Part shown: positions 10,778 through 25,014 of the stretch, one piece after another | Layout: the number at the start of each line of letters is the position of its first letter | Numbering within the stretch: the stretch's first letter is position 1 | Source of the DNA: Gordius albopunctatus | Lineage: Eukaryota | NCBI GenBank assembly: GCA_964276515.1 | Contig: OZ193909.1 | Coordinates: 15,190,001-15,254,000, forward strand | DNA length: 64,000 nt | Direction: 5' to 3' | Translations under genes and position numbers: made by a program | The notes under the pieces: model-generated | The model's database searches: none | Told to the model about the DNA's origin: nothing | Seen by the model: the letters and a program-made list of their open reading frames with translations, nothing else

Positions 10778-11378
10778 CCCTCGAGAGCATTCGGGACCCC
10801 ACGATACTTATAAACTTAAATATAAAACGCATTTAAAAGCGAATTGATCTCGCCTTTTCAGTAGCCTAATATTTTACCAAGAACTAAGTTTGAGGAAACT
10901 TTTATAACTTTTGGCCCACTACTTCTTAAAATATAGCTTCTTTTTGGCCACAGGGGTCCTTTGTACCCCACAAATGCTCTCACGTAAGTTTTTTTCTGCT
11001 GGAAAAAATGTATGCACTTTTTTTCGTTTGATGATATCTTTTACAATTTGTGTTTTTAATACATTTTGAACATTCTTTTAATAAAAAATCACGTTTATTT
11101 TGATTTATTTTAAGGTATATGATGTCAAGAGGTAAAACGAGGGGAAGCTCTAAAAAAACCAAAATAAAAATGGGGGTCCAGAAAATTGTTAATAAGTTTT
11201 GTAATGTTTATTAGATTTATATCAAAATTTCATCAATCTTAAGACCTTTATAAACACATATTTAAAATTTGAAAGGTTTAAAAAGATTACTTCAAAAGTT
11301 ATAAGAAGTTAAAAAATGGGGTCAAATATACCCCACGAATTCTCTCGCGTTCGGGATTTTCAGGAACGCTCTCGAAGG
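10778..11378. mobile_element. piggyBac-type MITE
   Basis: TTAA|CCCTCGAGAGCATTC ... GAACGCTCTCGAAGG|TTAA. Confidence 0.75.
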
Positions 11379-12049
11379 TTAATAAGCGGTTTTTAAAAAT
11401 AATAAAGTTTAATATAATAAACTTAGGTTTGAATAAGGCAGTCCATAATTTAATAAAATTTTTGCGCGCCTTTAAACAAAAAACAAAATCAAATATCCGG
11501 AGTTTTAATAAACAATTTTATATTAATAATCAAAAAACAATACCGAAATTTTGTCTATATATTTGTTGAGGTGCGCTAGACCATCACTTATGTAGTACGG
11601 CCCTAGTTGGTTATTCACAAATTGAATCTTCAGTGAGTATCTTGTGAACGCTATTGATTGATAATTCTGAGATAACACTTTCGTATCGCATTTTAATTTT
11701 TCTACACTAGCCTACGTATTATAAATTTTATAAAATTTATTAAACCAATATATAAATCACAAATAAATAGTTGGTTTAAGATTTTCAGGTGAGTTTTTTA
11801 TTTTAACCAACGCAACGTGAATACTTGGGGTAGAAAATTCTAAAATTTAGATATATGTAAGGAAAAATTTCTCGTGTTGATCAATTAAGCAAATTAAATC
11901 CTATGTTAAATTTTTTATGAATAAATAGAAAAATGCAATTTAAAAAATGCTAAGTATAAAATGACACGAGTTATAGAAGTTTTCAACAAATATTTATTGT
12001 ATTCTAACCAAATTAAAAATGAAATAGTAATTGTAGCTATAGAAGATAT

Positions 12050-14345
12050 TTAACTTATAATTCTTACTTCACAGGATTGTCTTGCAAAGGTAAATACATC
12101 TAAAATGAGGGGAGGCATTTCAGACGGTTGAATTTCAAAACTAATTTTGTTTAACAATTCCCAATTATTGCCGTTAAAAGGCTTGATCATTTTTACCACC
12201 TGCAAGGGTATAATTATTTTTCGAAGAGCAGATTCTTTTTTAGAGCATTTTTTTGAAAATGGAAAATGAAGGGCAGAATTTAGGAGATATTGAACGTGAA
12301 AATTGGATGCATCATCATAAAATGGTTGTAATATTTCTATTGGAGCCATTGAAATTCGTTGATAATCTAAAATTCATAGAATAAAGAAATTGTTAGCTAG
12401 TTTTGAACAATATTCTGAGGATTAAAAGTCTTTTAACTCAAAAAAACTACATGCTCAAAACGGTTGAGATTATTTTTCGGCCCGTTTTTTACTAATTTAA
12501 AGCCAACAAGTTTAACGATATAAGAGATATCTTATATCCATAATATATAAATGAAACTCGGACCTCGGGGGAAGGGAAGGGGGAACGGAACTCATCTATA
12601 CTCCGTATAAACCTAGCATATTTGCTATGCAATTTATGGGCGAGAAAGGTCGGAAGGGGCAGAAATGCCTATAGGGGGGTATTAAAAGCAAAATGATTAG
12701 TTTATTATTTATGCAAATTTTCCATTTAATTAAAAAAAATTGCCCTCGCCGGGATTCGAACCCACATTAAATAGAAGCATAAGCCTTTGTAGCACGTGGA
12801 GCCATATCAATAGAGGCATAGGCCCTTGTAGGGGAGGGCATAGGGTAATTATCAATGTTAAACTATTCAAAAACGAAAAATTTCGATTTATTTGGCCAGT
12901 GGTCATTTTTTTCATTGGTCAGTAGCCTGCGGACGGTCAAAAAGTCATATTATCAATGGTATTAACAAGAAAAAAATATTAATTTAATTTAAAAAAAAAA
13001 TAAAAAAAATTTGTGCTCTCCGGGTCTTGATCCCCAACCTTGCAAGTCGGGAAGCTGGTGTAAATAACTTGGTGGACGACGGACGGACAAAAAAACGAGC
13101 CCATAAAGTGCATAGCAATTAATAAACATTTTTTGGTGTAAAAACAAGCTTTTTTGTAAAATCTTTGTATTTAGTGTCTTAAATATAAATTCTTTTACAT
13201 TAAATCAAAGTAATAAAGATCTTTCAGCTTATGTTAGTGGTCTTAACAAAAAATTTATGTTAATTTATCAACAAACTAAAAGCCAGCTAATGTATGTTTA
13301 ACATTTTGAGCTTACATGAAATAAATATCAAAAATTAAAACATGTGGGCTAATATAATTTTTATTTTTTCTTTACCAATTGAAAACTGGGAGTCTAAAAT
13401 CTTTATAGGGCTGTAACAATGAAAGTGTGGAAATGGTGTATTTAAAAGAAATGTGTCAAAATCATAGCTAGAGTCCACATTTTTATCAGAAACTGATGCA
13501 ATTTTTTTAATCCATAATATTTTTTCGCCATTCCTATTAGACTCTTTTTTAGTTAATTCTAATCGTTTTTCACAAACTGGGATTTTATGTTGTAGTTCTT
13601 TGCAAAAAATTTGATCATTAGTGTAATTGTAAGCAGCTAAAAATAAACAAAGTAATTAAGGAATCTCTTATATTTACCTGAAACTTGATCCATATTAATA
13701 TGTGATAAATCATAAATAAAAGTATCAGCATTGGTATTAAAAAACTTTACAAAAATAGGCAATTCATTATTGTCTTTTTTGGCCTAAAAAATCAAATAAT
13801 TTATCATTATTTCATTGTACAAATTTCACTTGAGATTGAATTTTTTCCCAAATGCAGACTAAAGGTTCAAAACTTTTTTTTCTGTGGTGTTTAAAGTATA
13901 ATTCAGGAGTTAGTTTAAAAAAATGTTCCAATGGGTCTTGAACATCTCCAAATTTACACCAATATTCATGCCCTAATACAGATTCTAGAGGAGAACAATG
14001 AAATTTGGACAGGTCTAATTCATTAGGTAAACACAAATTATTTTTCTTATCATGTAGATTTTCTATTATTTCTATTGTCATGATTTTAAATTAGTTAAAA
14101 CAGTTATAAAATGTACCCTTTTTATAAACATTTGGTCTCCCTTGATATAAAATAGCATCTATTTCTAAAGAATCTTGAGTTGTCCCATAAACAAAACTTT
14201 CTTGATATCTCTGTCTTTAAACTTTGCAAACTATAACTATTAAAACTTACTCCAAATTAAGACCAAAAAAATGATTTGGACAGGAAAAGTTATTTGCCTC
14301 ATATAAATTGTCAACTCTTGACCAATCAACACCTTAATAAAATTA
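12050..14345 (-). CDS. Unidentified multi-exon host protein gene (partial model)
   Basis: Open, protein-like segments (GVDWSRVDNLYE, YGTTQDSLEIDAILYQG, 13812..14081, 12050..12349) separated by short GT-AG introns. Confidence 0.5.
12622..13118. mobile_element. TIR-bounded insertion containing a tRNA-like T-arm fragment
   Basis: TTGCTATGCAATTTATGGGC ... GCCCATAAAGTGCATAGCAA. The minus strand has GTGGGTTCGAATCCCGGCGAGGGCA at about 12741-12765. Confidence 0.55.
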
Positions 14346-17300
14346 TTTGATTTAGGCCTAATGTCTAATATAAATTATATACACTAAATAATTTTTAGCA
14401 AAAAAACGTTTTTATTAATTACTGTTTGATAAAAATATATAAAACCAAAAATCACTCCTGACTTATTATATTTAGAAGCTTGTAAATTCATTGTAATGCA
14501 TAATATCTTTTAGGTTAAATAGTAATGAAAAATGTTAATAAGAGCATTAGATTTCGGTTATATTTAACACAATTTCAAATTGTTTACCTTGAAATATATT
14601 GTAATTAACAAAGTGCTGGAAGTTAACAAGGTCGCCAAGATATAAACTATATAAATTTTGCAGATTTTGCGTGTACTAAAGTTTTTTATTAATAAAATTC
14701 ATATTTAATCTAATTATACAAGATATATATAATCTAAATCAAGGAAGGTAATGGGCATAAATTGTGTAAATTTGAATTTTAAATTTGCCTCATTTTTTTT
14801 TCTGCTTACGGTAAAATGGTACATTGTTTGCTTGATACCATAAACTTACCCAGATATAAATTAAAACGCTGAATATGGCTTAACCCCGAATCTAGCCATA
14901 AATCTAATGATATTTTTAAACATATAAGCCTAACTTGTAATGGACTTTATATATTTTCGTATATAGCTTGCTAGCTGGATGACTTAACTAATCCAACCAA
15001 ATAAGTTTTTGTATAATACATACTTTCAAAAAATTAAAAAGAAATTCTTTCGAGATAATATTAGAAATATGTTTTTAACATAGTATCTAATAAAATCGGC
15101 GTATTGGAAACCGACCACCGTGGTGAGAAATACAATTAAAATTATGCAGAAGCTTTAAAAGTGGTTCCGAAAGACGAAAAACTTTACTAAATAAACTTTT
15201 AATATATTTAACTTGAGAAATAGATATAGTCATAAACGCAGGATATTATTTGAATCTTAACATTTAGAAAATATTTTTAGGGTCTTATTGGAAAAACACC
15301 ACATCGATAGCGAACAAATGTAAAAATATGCTAAAACTTTAGTGGCTACCATATATTAAGAACTTCAAGACTGTTAAAATTGTATACAATAATCTAAATA
15401 ATATATGGTATAAATATAAGCAAATGTAAATAACTAACTGTAAATATTAATACGACTTTATTGAAGTATCAATAATAGCTTACATATAATCTTAGGATAA
15501 AATGGGAGTATCGAATGAGAAAAATGACATGTTAAAATTGGTGAATGAGTGGGGAAGAGGGTGTAATTTAGTAAGTGAAAGAGATTGGGTTAAGGATATG
15601 TTGTCTTCCGTCTTTATATACCACGATGGTATCTCCTCCACTACGATAATACACAACAACACCAACAACAATAATCCGCCATAATAATACTAATGGATCA
15701 TGGGAAAGCAGCCTTCCCATCTAATTTTTTAGTTTCAATAACACACTCTATTATCTACCTTAAGGCAAAAATAATTCGTGATGTGAAATCACTAGAGCTT
15801 ACAAGCCACTAATATATGTGAAAATTTCTATTACCTTTAATTGCCTATACAATATCAGAATTTTTTTTTATAAATTTAGATTTTTACAGCAGCTTAGAGT
15901 TAAGATGATAATCATAGCTAAAACAATTTTGGAAAATATGTTTTCTGCTCTAGGTTTATCTAAAATTTACGATAATATTGCAAAATCGCTTAATCGACAT
16001 TTATTGTAAGTCACATTTTACTTAGATAAAAATACAGATGCGGAATATCCGAGAAAAATCTCGGTCTCGGCCTCATCTCACTCGCGTCTTACTCGTCTCG
16101 ATTTTGGATCCGTTTATTGAATTCTTATCTCGTCTTTATAAGATTCTTCCAACTTCATCAAATGCCCTTTCAATCTCTCCAATACTCTCGCCATTTTATC
16201 TTCCCGTTCTTTGTAAGCCGTTTCAATCGCCGCCACCCTTTATACATCAGCCTCCTCACGTAAAGATACGCAACGATAATTTTAGAAACTGACCCGAGAT
16301 CGAGACGAGAATTTCTATGTCGAGGCAAAACGATACTTTCGGGGGGATCTCGGCTAAATTTTATTACTGATCATAAAATATTAATAAATTTAACTATGGT
16401 CTTTAATTTTATAGGATTCACATTTAAGGTATTAAATTTATATGATTGATATATGTCTGATTTAAAAAAAACACCTAAGTATAGTAAACATTATATATTT
16501 TTGCAATAAATAAAATTTTGGTAATTTCAGTTAATTTAACTAAGTATGATTGCTCTTTAAAACACATATTTACATGCTTATCAGTATTAGATAATACAAA
16601 ATTTTGGGCTTGGAATAAGATTTGATGGACGATTAAATATTACTAAAGCATTTTTAAATTTCACTATACCCTGCGCCTGCCTGGTTAGTTGTTTATTAAT
16701 TTGAACAATTATCTAAGTTAAACTATGTTGGCTTGAAATTTTTTGAGCACACTGGCGACATTTATGCCAGCCGAACGAATATTTTCAGAAGTATAACATT
16801 CGATGGCACCGTAATAAATCAAATCTTGGTTTTTTGAAGGATTTTATGCTGTAACTTATTGTAAACTTCCCAAATTTCTAACCTTAAAAAGACATCACGT
16901 TATTACTTTGTTTTGTCATATGCATTACTTTTCACATTAAAAACTGGGGTTAAAAGGTTTCGAATTCTGTAAAATTTTTATAACTGTGGCAATTGTGCAA
17001 TATGCTTAAATACACGAACATATGCTGTATTAGAAAATAACTTTTAATGGAAAACTTAATAAAAACTGGAAGATAATTTTCTGGAATAGGAAATGGGATC
17101 AAACTAAAATATCATAGTTTATTTTTAATAATAATGATTTATGTTGCACTTTATTCAAAAAAATAAAAAATTTATGTCCTTATTCCTAATGCTACTTTTA
17201 TATTTGTTTTCACAACGTTCTAATATGTGCAAATATTTTTAAGTTATATAGATAACTAGCTGTGCCCGGCCAAGCGTTGCTTTGGCTCAGTCCTTAAGTG

Positions 17301-17819
17301 GTTAAATAAGTATAACCTATTAATAAGACTTATCTAAAATAAGGTCATATATGAAATAATTTATAATGTGAAAGGTCCTAATGCTAATGCAAATAAATAT
17401 CCATAATATTTATTGAAGAGCGATATAAAATATTTATTAATACATCTACAATGCTAAGGCAATAATCAGGCCAAATTTGGTGACAATCGGTTGAGAACTT
17501 CAAAGGTTATTAGCGCACAAAAAAACGGCAGGATCCGTGGTATGAGGACATCTTCTCCAGTGAAAGGTCCAGTCAAAATCTAATAAAAAGGGGATAAATG
17601 CTAAAAGAAATATAAAATTATAGAATTTAAAAGGTGATTATACGCGAGTAAAATCAATAGGCTTTAATGGTAATTGCTAAAAGTTATGAGTGGATAAATA
17701 GAAATAATACTAACTTTAATTATTCATGCAGAAAAGTAGTGAGGCGTTATAAAGAGGGTTGTAGGTTTGGTTAAGAGATGCTTCGCAGCTTAACTTCTTC
17801 CTTAGAAAGGAAGAAATTG

Positions 17820-20800
17820 CTATAATGCTTGGGGATAGACAATATTTTTGGTTATGTTATTATCTGTGTAGATATACAATTTTTGTGGATTGCCGACGCG
17901 CGAACATGCAACATATAATTGTCCATGTGAAAAACAATCTGTTTCTAAATCTATACCACAAATTTCTAGAGACTGGCCTTGAGCTTTGTTAATGGTAATA
18001 GCAAATGCGAGTTTAAAAGGAAATTGCAATCTTTCGAATTCAAAGGGTAAATCTGTTGGAATCAAAGTGATCCGTGGTATGAGGACATCTTCTCCAGTGA
18101 AAGGTCCAGTCAAAATCGTGGCCTCAACAAAGTTGCACATTAAGCGTTTAATAGCAAGACGTGTGCCGTTGCAAAGTTTTGGCTGATTAACATTGCGCAA
18201 CATCATAATCGGTACGCCAATTTTCAAATGCAAAACGTGTGGTGGTATGCCTGGGAGATCTAGCGAATTTAAAAATTCGAGCGGATAATTAACAGCGTCA
18301 TCAGCAGTAACAACAGTGTCAACCGATTTGTAGGTAACTGGAGTGCCGTCAATTGTAGACAGAATGAGATTGTTAAGTTCTTGGACGTCTTTATTCTTTG
18401 GGGCAAGAATAGCCCGTTGACGGAGCCATATTCGATCCTGATAATGGGTGTTAATATTTGGAAAAACTTTTTCTACCAAAGCTGTTTCGGACGACACAAA
18501 ATGGCAGAAGTTGGTAGGAAATTAAATCCGTCCTGTGTTTATATCGACGGGCACGGTTCCGTTTTCAATTTCTAGCAATTGATGGGAGAATAACTCACAT
18601 GCTTGCTCATTTTGTAACATTACACGCATATTAGTAGTTAAATTTAAGGTTTTTACATAAGGCCATAAAATAGAATATTTTAGGCAAGCATTGAGCTCAT
18701 CAGCAGGGGTTGATCGAGTAAGCACTGGTAAAGTTTGCCTGAAATCTCCTGCAAGCAATAAAAATGTGCCACCAAATGGTCTGGAATCTCGCCGCAAATC
18801 TTGCAAAGAACGATCTAGAGCTTCGAGCGATTTTTTATGGGCCATTGTGCATTCATCCCAAACGATAAGTTTGCACCTTTCTAATACTTTACCCATTCCA
18901 GATGCTCGGGAAATGTTGCACATGGGAGTTTCGCTATAATGAATGTTTAAAGGCAATTTTAATGCTGAATGAGCAGTTTTACCACCAGGCAACAATGTCG
19001 CAGCTATTTCGGAAGATGCAAGAGCCACGGCTATTTCATTTTGGGATCGAACATTTGCAAGAAGTAAAGTCAGTAAAAATGTTTTACCAGTTCCACCAGG
19101 AGCATCTAAGAAAAAAATATCTCCAGAACCTTTATTAACAGCTAATAATATTGTATCATTAATGGCTTTTTGTTGGAGTGTTAGCCTTGGAACATTAGAG
19201 CGCACATAAAACAAAAGATCTTCTTGGTTATAATTAAGTTCACGGTAGAATTCGGCATGTAATGGAGCGGCAGAAGAACGATTAGGCGCAGGCATCCCCA
19301 ATTGTATTACAACTTTCTTCCCGATTTGTAAGCATAAATCTTCAAGAATAATTAAAGTTTGATTATAATGTGACATTTGAGGCATGTTAATGATAGGATG
19401 TGAAGTACTATTCCGATGAATAATATCTTCTGCCATGTGTGCTTTATATTTATCCCATAAAGATTTAGGATTTGACGGAGAGCATGAAGTCAATATAATC
19501 GCAAATAATGCACGGATTTGTTTTGGATTTGTAGTATGACACGCTTCACTGATGCATTCATCCCAATGATTATCGTGTTCTAATAGATGCATAGCTTGGC
19601 ATGCACTGCGGAAAGTGGGATGTACAACACCGTCGACCACTTTTAATTCTTGGAAACATGTAGGACCACGTACATTAATTAAAAGCATGCGAAGAAAGAA
19701 ACATTCATCTTGATTGGGATGGATAGTGTATAGTCGGCCTATCGCATCATCTTCGAATATGTCAGGGTGTCCATCGACACGCTTTCCACGTTTGCGACGC
19801 AAAACGATCTGCTACGCGAATTCCATGTGTAGTAGGTAGGTACCTCTGAATAGAGCAGCGTCTGCGCAAAAACATCATGTTGGCATAGCTTGAAGAAAGC
19901 TGTGAGCGTTGTGTCGGGGGGGGGGGTTTAAGGCGATTTGTTGGACATTAGCATTTGTAAAATAAACTCGCTGCCCATTTTCTAGATGCACGGCTAAGTG
20001 AACCACAGCAGGACTACGGTCATGTATGGAGAGGGATAGAATACGCCACACAGCTTCATTACTGCTAATGTATCTTCCAGGCTGATACTGTGCGATTTCA
20101 TCGGTGTGAAGGTTCCCTAATTGGGCTATGCTATCTGGTTGAACAGCGAAAACTGCCATATCACTGCCTTTGTTTACATATTTAGAAATATATTTGATGG
20201 ATTTAACGGAGTTACAATACTCAACGTTGATGTGAGCTTTGTATAATTTTAAAAGCAGAGGACTATATGGAACAACCCATCGGTTGTCCACCTCGACCGT
20301 TGCATTGCGTATGGAGATGGGTGCTACGTTACCACCATCTTCTATTGATCTTCTTTTGTACAAAGGGTATCCATCGTTGCCGGTAATTGTATTGCATACT
20401 AAGTTTCGAGGATATCGCTTTGAGCATTTGCCGTCTTTCATGCATGGCGATCTTGGATTAAGTGTTCCGCAAGGGCCGTGTATCATATTTTTTGTAATAA
20501 TTTGGTACAAATCGTTATCTAAGTTGGGGTCGGGAATTTCAGCAGATATTAAAGCGTCGATTTCGTTTGACATAATCTTGCTATATAGCCATATGAGTAT
20601 ATGGGCATGAGGCAAACCTCTCTTTTGCCATTCGACTGAATACATCCAGCAACGCACAGACCCAAATACCTCATGCTTAACAATGAGATTAAGCATTGAT
20701 TTAAGTTTTTGCCGGAAAACACGGGCGGTAATGTCATGCCTATCGATAGGTAATTGACCAGGAAACAAAAGGTCTTTTATGTCGTCCCACGCTGGGTTGT

Positions 20801-22126
20801 ATGTAAAAGTTATAAATAGGTCCGGACGACCGTATTTACGAACATACGCGATTCAATCTTGAGCGTATTCATGCATATGGTGTGGACTTCCTGTATAAGA
20901 TGAAGGAAAAATGGTTAATCTCCCAACGTTAATGGTATTAGAGTCGTTACAAAGAGCATCTCGCAAACGGATATATTCTTCTGAGCGAAGTTTAGTCTGA
21001 TTTAAGCGGATGTATAGCAAACGCTCCGATTCAATTTTGACATACATATACACGATGTATTGGTGGAATAATTGCCGGCATTTTAAAATAAAATTGTCCC
21101 CGTCCGCTCGAATCATTATTCTGTATGAATAATAGTTCATAGCGCTGCATTTTGAGTTTGTAGGTTCGCCATTGATTGGATTTATCATCTTAACGTTAAA
21201 GTGATATCCGTCAGCACCATCCCAAAATATAATTGGATATTGTAGGGGGTCATAGCAGCGATGAGTATCAGAAACTTGTGTCAAAGCATTGTTTCTCCTA
21301 TGAAGCACAATGTCTCTAGGTTGAAATTGATCCCCAACTATAACAATGGCGACTTCATGTATAGTTGGGCATTAAATCTTCTCCCATGTTCTCCCGGAGG
21401 AGTTTTGTCAGCATGAATGACTATTTTGTGGGTACCTGAAGGCATTATGTCCAGTGCAGTTTTGAATAAACGCACTAAATTATTATTAGCATGAAGCAGC
21501 AACTGAAGCTGTGAAACGATGGATCTTTTTAAACCGCTAAAAATGTCGAGGCGTGCACCTAATTCTATCTCATCATCTCCGATAAAATATAGTTGTAGGA
21601 ACTTATGTTGCCCTTCTGGCAATGGAAGGAGGGATCCGGCTTTATGATAAATTTGACCTTTTACCTTGAATGTAGGCATGAATTGTGTGGTTACAACATC
21701 AGCGCCAAACGACGTCATTTGGAAACAGGAGTTGTATTTCCTGATGTTAGATAGAAAATGTTTAGAATCAGTGGTATAACCAGCCAGCAATGTTTTTAAT
21801 GGCTCAGGCGGTTCTGCAAGGTGGGGCAGTTTAACTTTTCCGGCTGCGCAACACATTCCAGTCGTTTCTCCAGCAAATTTCAAGGCATTGCAATGAGGAC
21901 ACACAATAGACATAGTACCAATGAGAACATGGCGACGTAAACTTTCAATATTAGATGGGTAAGAAAATGCTAGGCAGTTGCCTGCGGGTAATGGCTGAGC
22001 ACGTGAAGGTGGCTGAGGCAGAGTTGCAGACTGTTGTAGTTCATTTTCAAGCTCAAGAACACGCAATCGGCGCACTCGATCCGTATTTCGTGTTTTACGT
22101 CCAATAGATGTTTTCTTGGGGCGCAT
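17820..22126 (-). pseudogene. Helitron RepHel (HUH Rep + PIF1-like helicase), split by stops and frameshifts
   Basis: VEWQKRGLPHAHILIW, KYISKYVNKG, DAPGGTGKTFL, IVWDECTM, GDFRQTLPV, FAITINKAQGQSL, HGQLYVACSRV across five ORF pieces. Confidence 0.93.
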
Positions 22127-22189
22127 GAATCTAAAGTCGATATACTAAGAAAATGAAAAATACATAAATAAGTCGAATTTTTTTTAAAG

Positions 22190-23270
22190 TAAAACTTGTT
22201 TTTATTAAATGAAACTTTGTATGCTAAAAAATTATTAAAGTAAAAATGTAGTGTAATAATAGTATAATGTTTCCCTATGTATTAAAAACATTCAATAGTA
22301 TTTTACAAAGATAAGTTCAAAGTTTGAAGTTTAAATCAAATATGGGTAAAAAGATATAACAAATTTAAATGTGGGGTAAAAAATACCATAGAAATGCTCT
22401 TAGTTTGGAAAAATATTTCTAATATAAAATTGTTAAGGTCACTTAAACAGCAGTGATTTCAGTTGTTTCTAATGCATGATGTGTTGTTTTCTTGGGTTTA
22501 GACTTTTCAGAAATATAAGGCAACATATGGAGAAATTATTTGTAATATCTTGAAGTGGGCTTAAATAATTATTAAAGCAAAAATGTAGTGTAATAAAATT
22601 GAGGTTACTTAAACAGCAGTGATTTCAGTTGTTTCTAATGCATGGTGTGTTGTGTTCTTGGGTTTAGACTTTTCAGAAATATAAGGCAACATATGGAGAA
22701 ATTATTTGTAATATCTTGAAGTGGGCTGTTTTTATTAAATGAAACTTTGTATGCTAAAAAATTATTAAAGTAAAAATGTAGTGTAATAAAATGGAGGTTA
22801 CTTAAACAGCAGTGATATTAGTTGTTTCTAATGCATGATGTGTTGTGTTCTTGGGTTTACATATGGAGAAATTATTTGTAATATCTTGAAGTGGCCTTAA
22901 ATAATTATTAAAGCAAAAATGTAGTTTAATAAAATTGAGGTTACTTAAACAGCAGTGATTTCAGTTGTTTCTAATGTATGATGTGTTGTGTTCTTGGGTT
23001 TAGACTTTTTAGACTTTTCAGAAATATAAGGCAACATGTGGAGAAATTATTTGTAATATCTTGAAGTGGGCTGTTTTTATTAAATGAAACTTTGTATGCT
23101 AAAAAATTATTAAAGTAATAAAATTGAGGTTACTTAAACAGCAGTGATTTCAGTTGTTTCTAATGCATGATGTGTTGTGTTTAGACTTTTCAGAAATATA
23201 AGCCAACATATGGAGAAATTATTTGTAATATCTTGAAGTGGGCTGTTTTTATTAAATGAAACTTTGTACT
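22190..23270. repeat. Complex tandem repeat array in the Helitron 5' region
   Basis: About five recurrences of acttaaacagcagtgat...gttgtttctaatg...ggagaaattatttgtaatatcttgaagtgg. Confidence 0.85.
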
Positions 23271-25014
23271 CTTGATGCGCGCTTTGATTATTATAACAAT
23301 ATTTTCACGTCAAACGTTTAGATACGTAAACCTTTAACAGAGCACGCGTCTTTTTTATATTATAAAATTTTTGATGTTTTACAGTTTTTAATTATTTAGT
23401 TGTAACAGATATATATATATTGTAAAAAATAACCCAAAGGTGAATAAAAATAGTGAAATATGTGACAAAAGATTAGTAGAAAAACATTTAAAACTATGAG
23501 CACAACACTAACATAAAATAATAATCGAGATAAGCGTTGTAGCTGACGTCCGCTAAATGGCGGTAACCAAATTAAAAAACATGGTTCCCGCTGTCGCAGC
23601 TTGATAAAATAAATCTATAAACCATCTAAAATGATAAGGCAATAATCTGGCCAAATTTGGTGGCAATCGGTTGAGAACTCTAAAAGTTATTATCGTACAA
23701 AAAAACGGGACTTAGATTTTTATATATATAGATAATAATAATATTATTAAAGTTAAATACTCACTTTGTGGTCTATACGTTATAGTGAACATGCAATAAA
23801 CTTTATGGGCTATAATTGCTATTAGTAAAATCAATGGATTAAAACGTTTGCCTAAAATTAATTAAACAAAGGGTTTACTTTGAGCTTTAAGTTAGCCAAT
23901 GTTAATAAAAGGGTGCCTTGTAACCAAGTCAATGTCAAATATAGGTAAACATAATTTTCTATGTCTATTTATTTTTGACAGACACAGTTACTTTGATACA
24001 AAGAAAAAATTAATCACCCTATACTTTAGGTATAATCATAGTTTTTTTAATTAGCATTTTCTATGGAATATTAATTAGTTCCTATCTTTATATAGTAATG
24101 ACATGTTGCACTAAATCTTTATCAAGTTTGTATATTAAAGTTTTTTTTAAATAAAATGGTTTGCCTATTAAATTATTTTAAAATATATCCCCTAATTTAT
24201 AATTTCAATATATCGGGATAAATTTGTAAAGTATAACAATTTTTTAAAATGTTTATAAAAGTTGAAAATTCTCGTCTAGACGAGGCCAAGATTATTCTAG
24301 GCCAAGACTAGATCGAGATTCTCATAATAGTACCCGAGACGAGATTGTGCTTTCATGGCCGAGACGAGATCGAAACACTAGCTAAAGGATCTATATGCAA
24401 AGTTGATGAAATCATGCGAAAAAAATAAATGTCGTGTTTCTCATTATTTTTGTAAATTTGTTATAATGATGGATTGATAAACACGAAAATTGGCAACAAA
24501 GCTGAGTCAAGATGGAGAATCCTAAGTTAAAATCGCAAAATTATTAAATATATAGCGCTTTTAAGCAATGCGCGCTGTTAAAACTTATTGAAGATGGTAG
24601 AGATTGCGCTAATGTCTCGGGAGACAAAAAAATTTGTTGTAGAACTTACAAGTTTCCTCAAAGATTGAAAGAACAAATTAAAATATGAATACAATGTTAA
24701 AGTTTGTTTGAGTACACTTACCAGTGAAATTAAAGCTTTTCATTATACCTTTAAACGTATAACAACAATTCAAGAAAGAGGCAATGAAGTTGATGTAAAT
24801 TTTTAAAAGACGTAATTATAGGCTTTTACCGTTTTTTGGCCGTTGCTTTTAAAACTTTTGTTCATGAACGAGACTAGATATTCAACATTTATAACCAATA
24901 TGGTTGAAGTGGGTATAAGTTTAGACTTTGAAGCGCGAGATTGCTGGTTCGATTCCACCTCCGGCATTTATTTCAAAGTTTAAAAATATCTCAACTTTAC
25001 TTTATTTGCTTAGA

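Larger units (their letters stand above)
17256..23732 (-). mobile_element. Full-length Helitron
   Basis: 5' TC at 23732, 3' hairpin (about 17268-17287) and CTAG ending at 17256, inserted between A and T, with Rep/helicase coding inside. Confidence 0.93.

Noticed and set aside
12741..12816. Functional tRNA gene
   Set aside because: Only the T-arm and 3' stem are recognisable. No convincing D-arm or anticodon arm.
15502..16292. Short ORFs at 15.5-16.3 kb and similar 60-100 aa ORFs in AT-rich DNA
   Set aside because: No recognisable motifs. Several overlap GAGACGAGA-type repeat remnants.
22190..23270. CRISPR-like array
   Set aside because: Long tandem units without unique spacers, inside a eukaryotic Helitron, with no cas genes.
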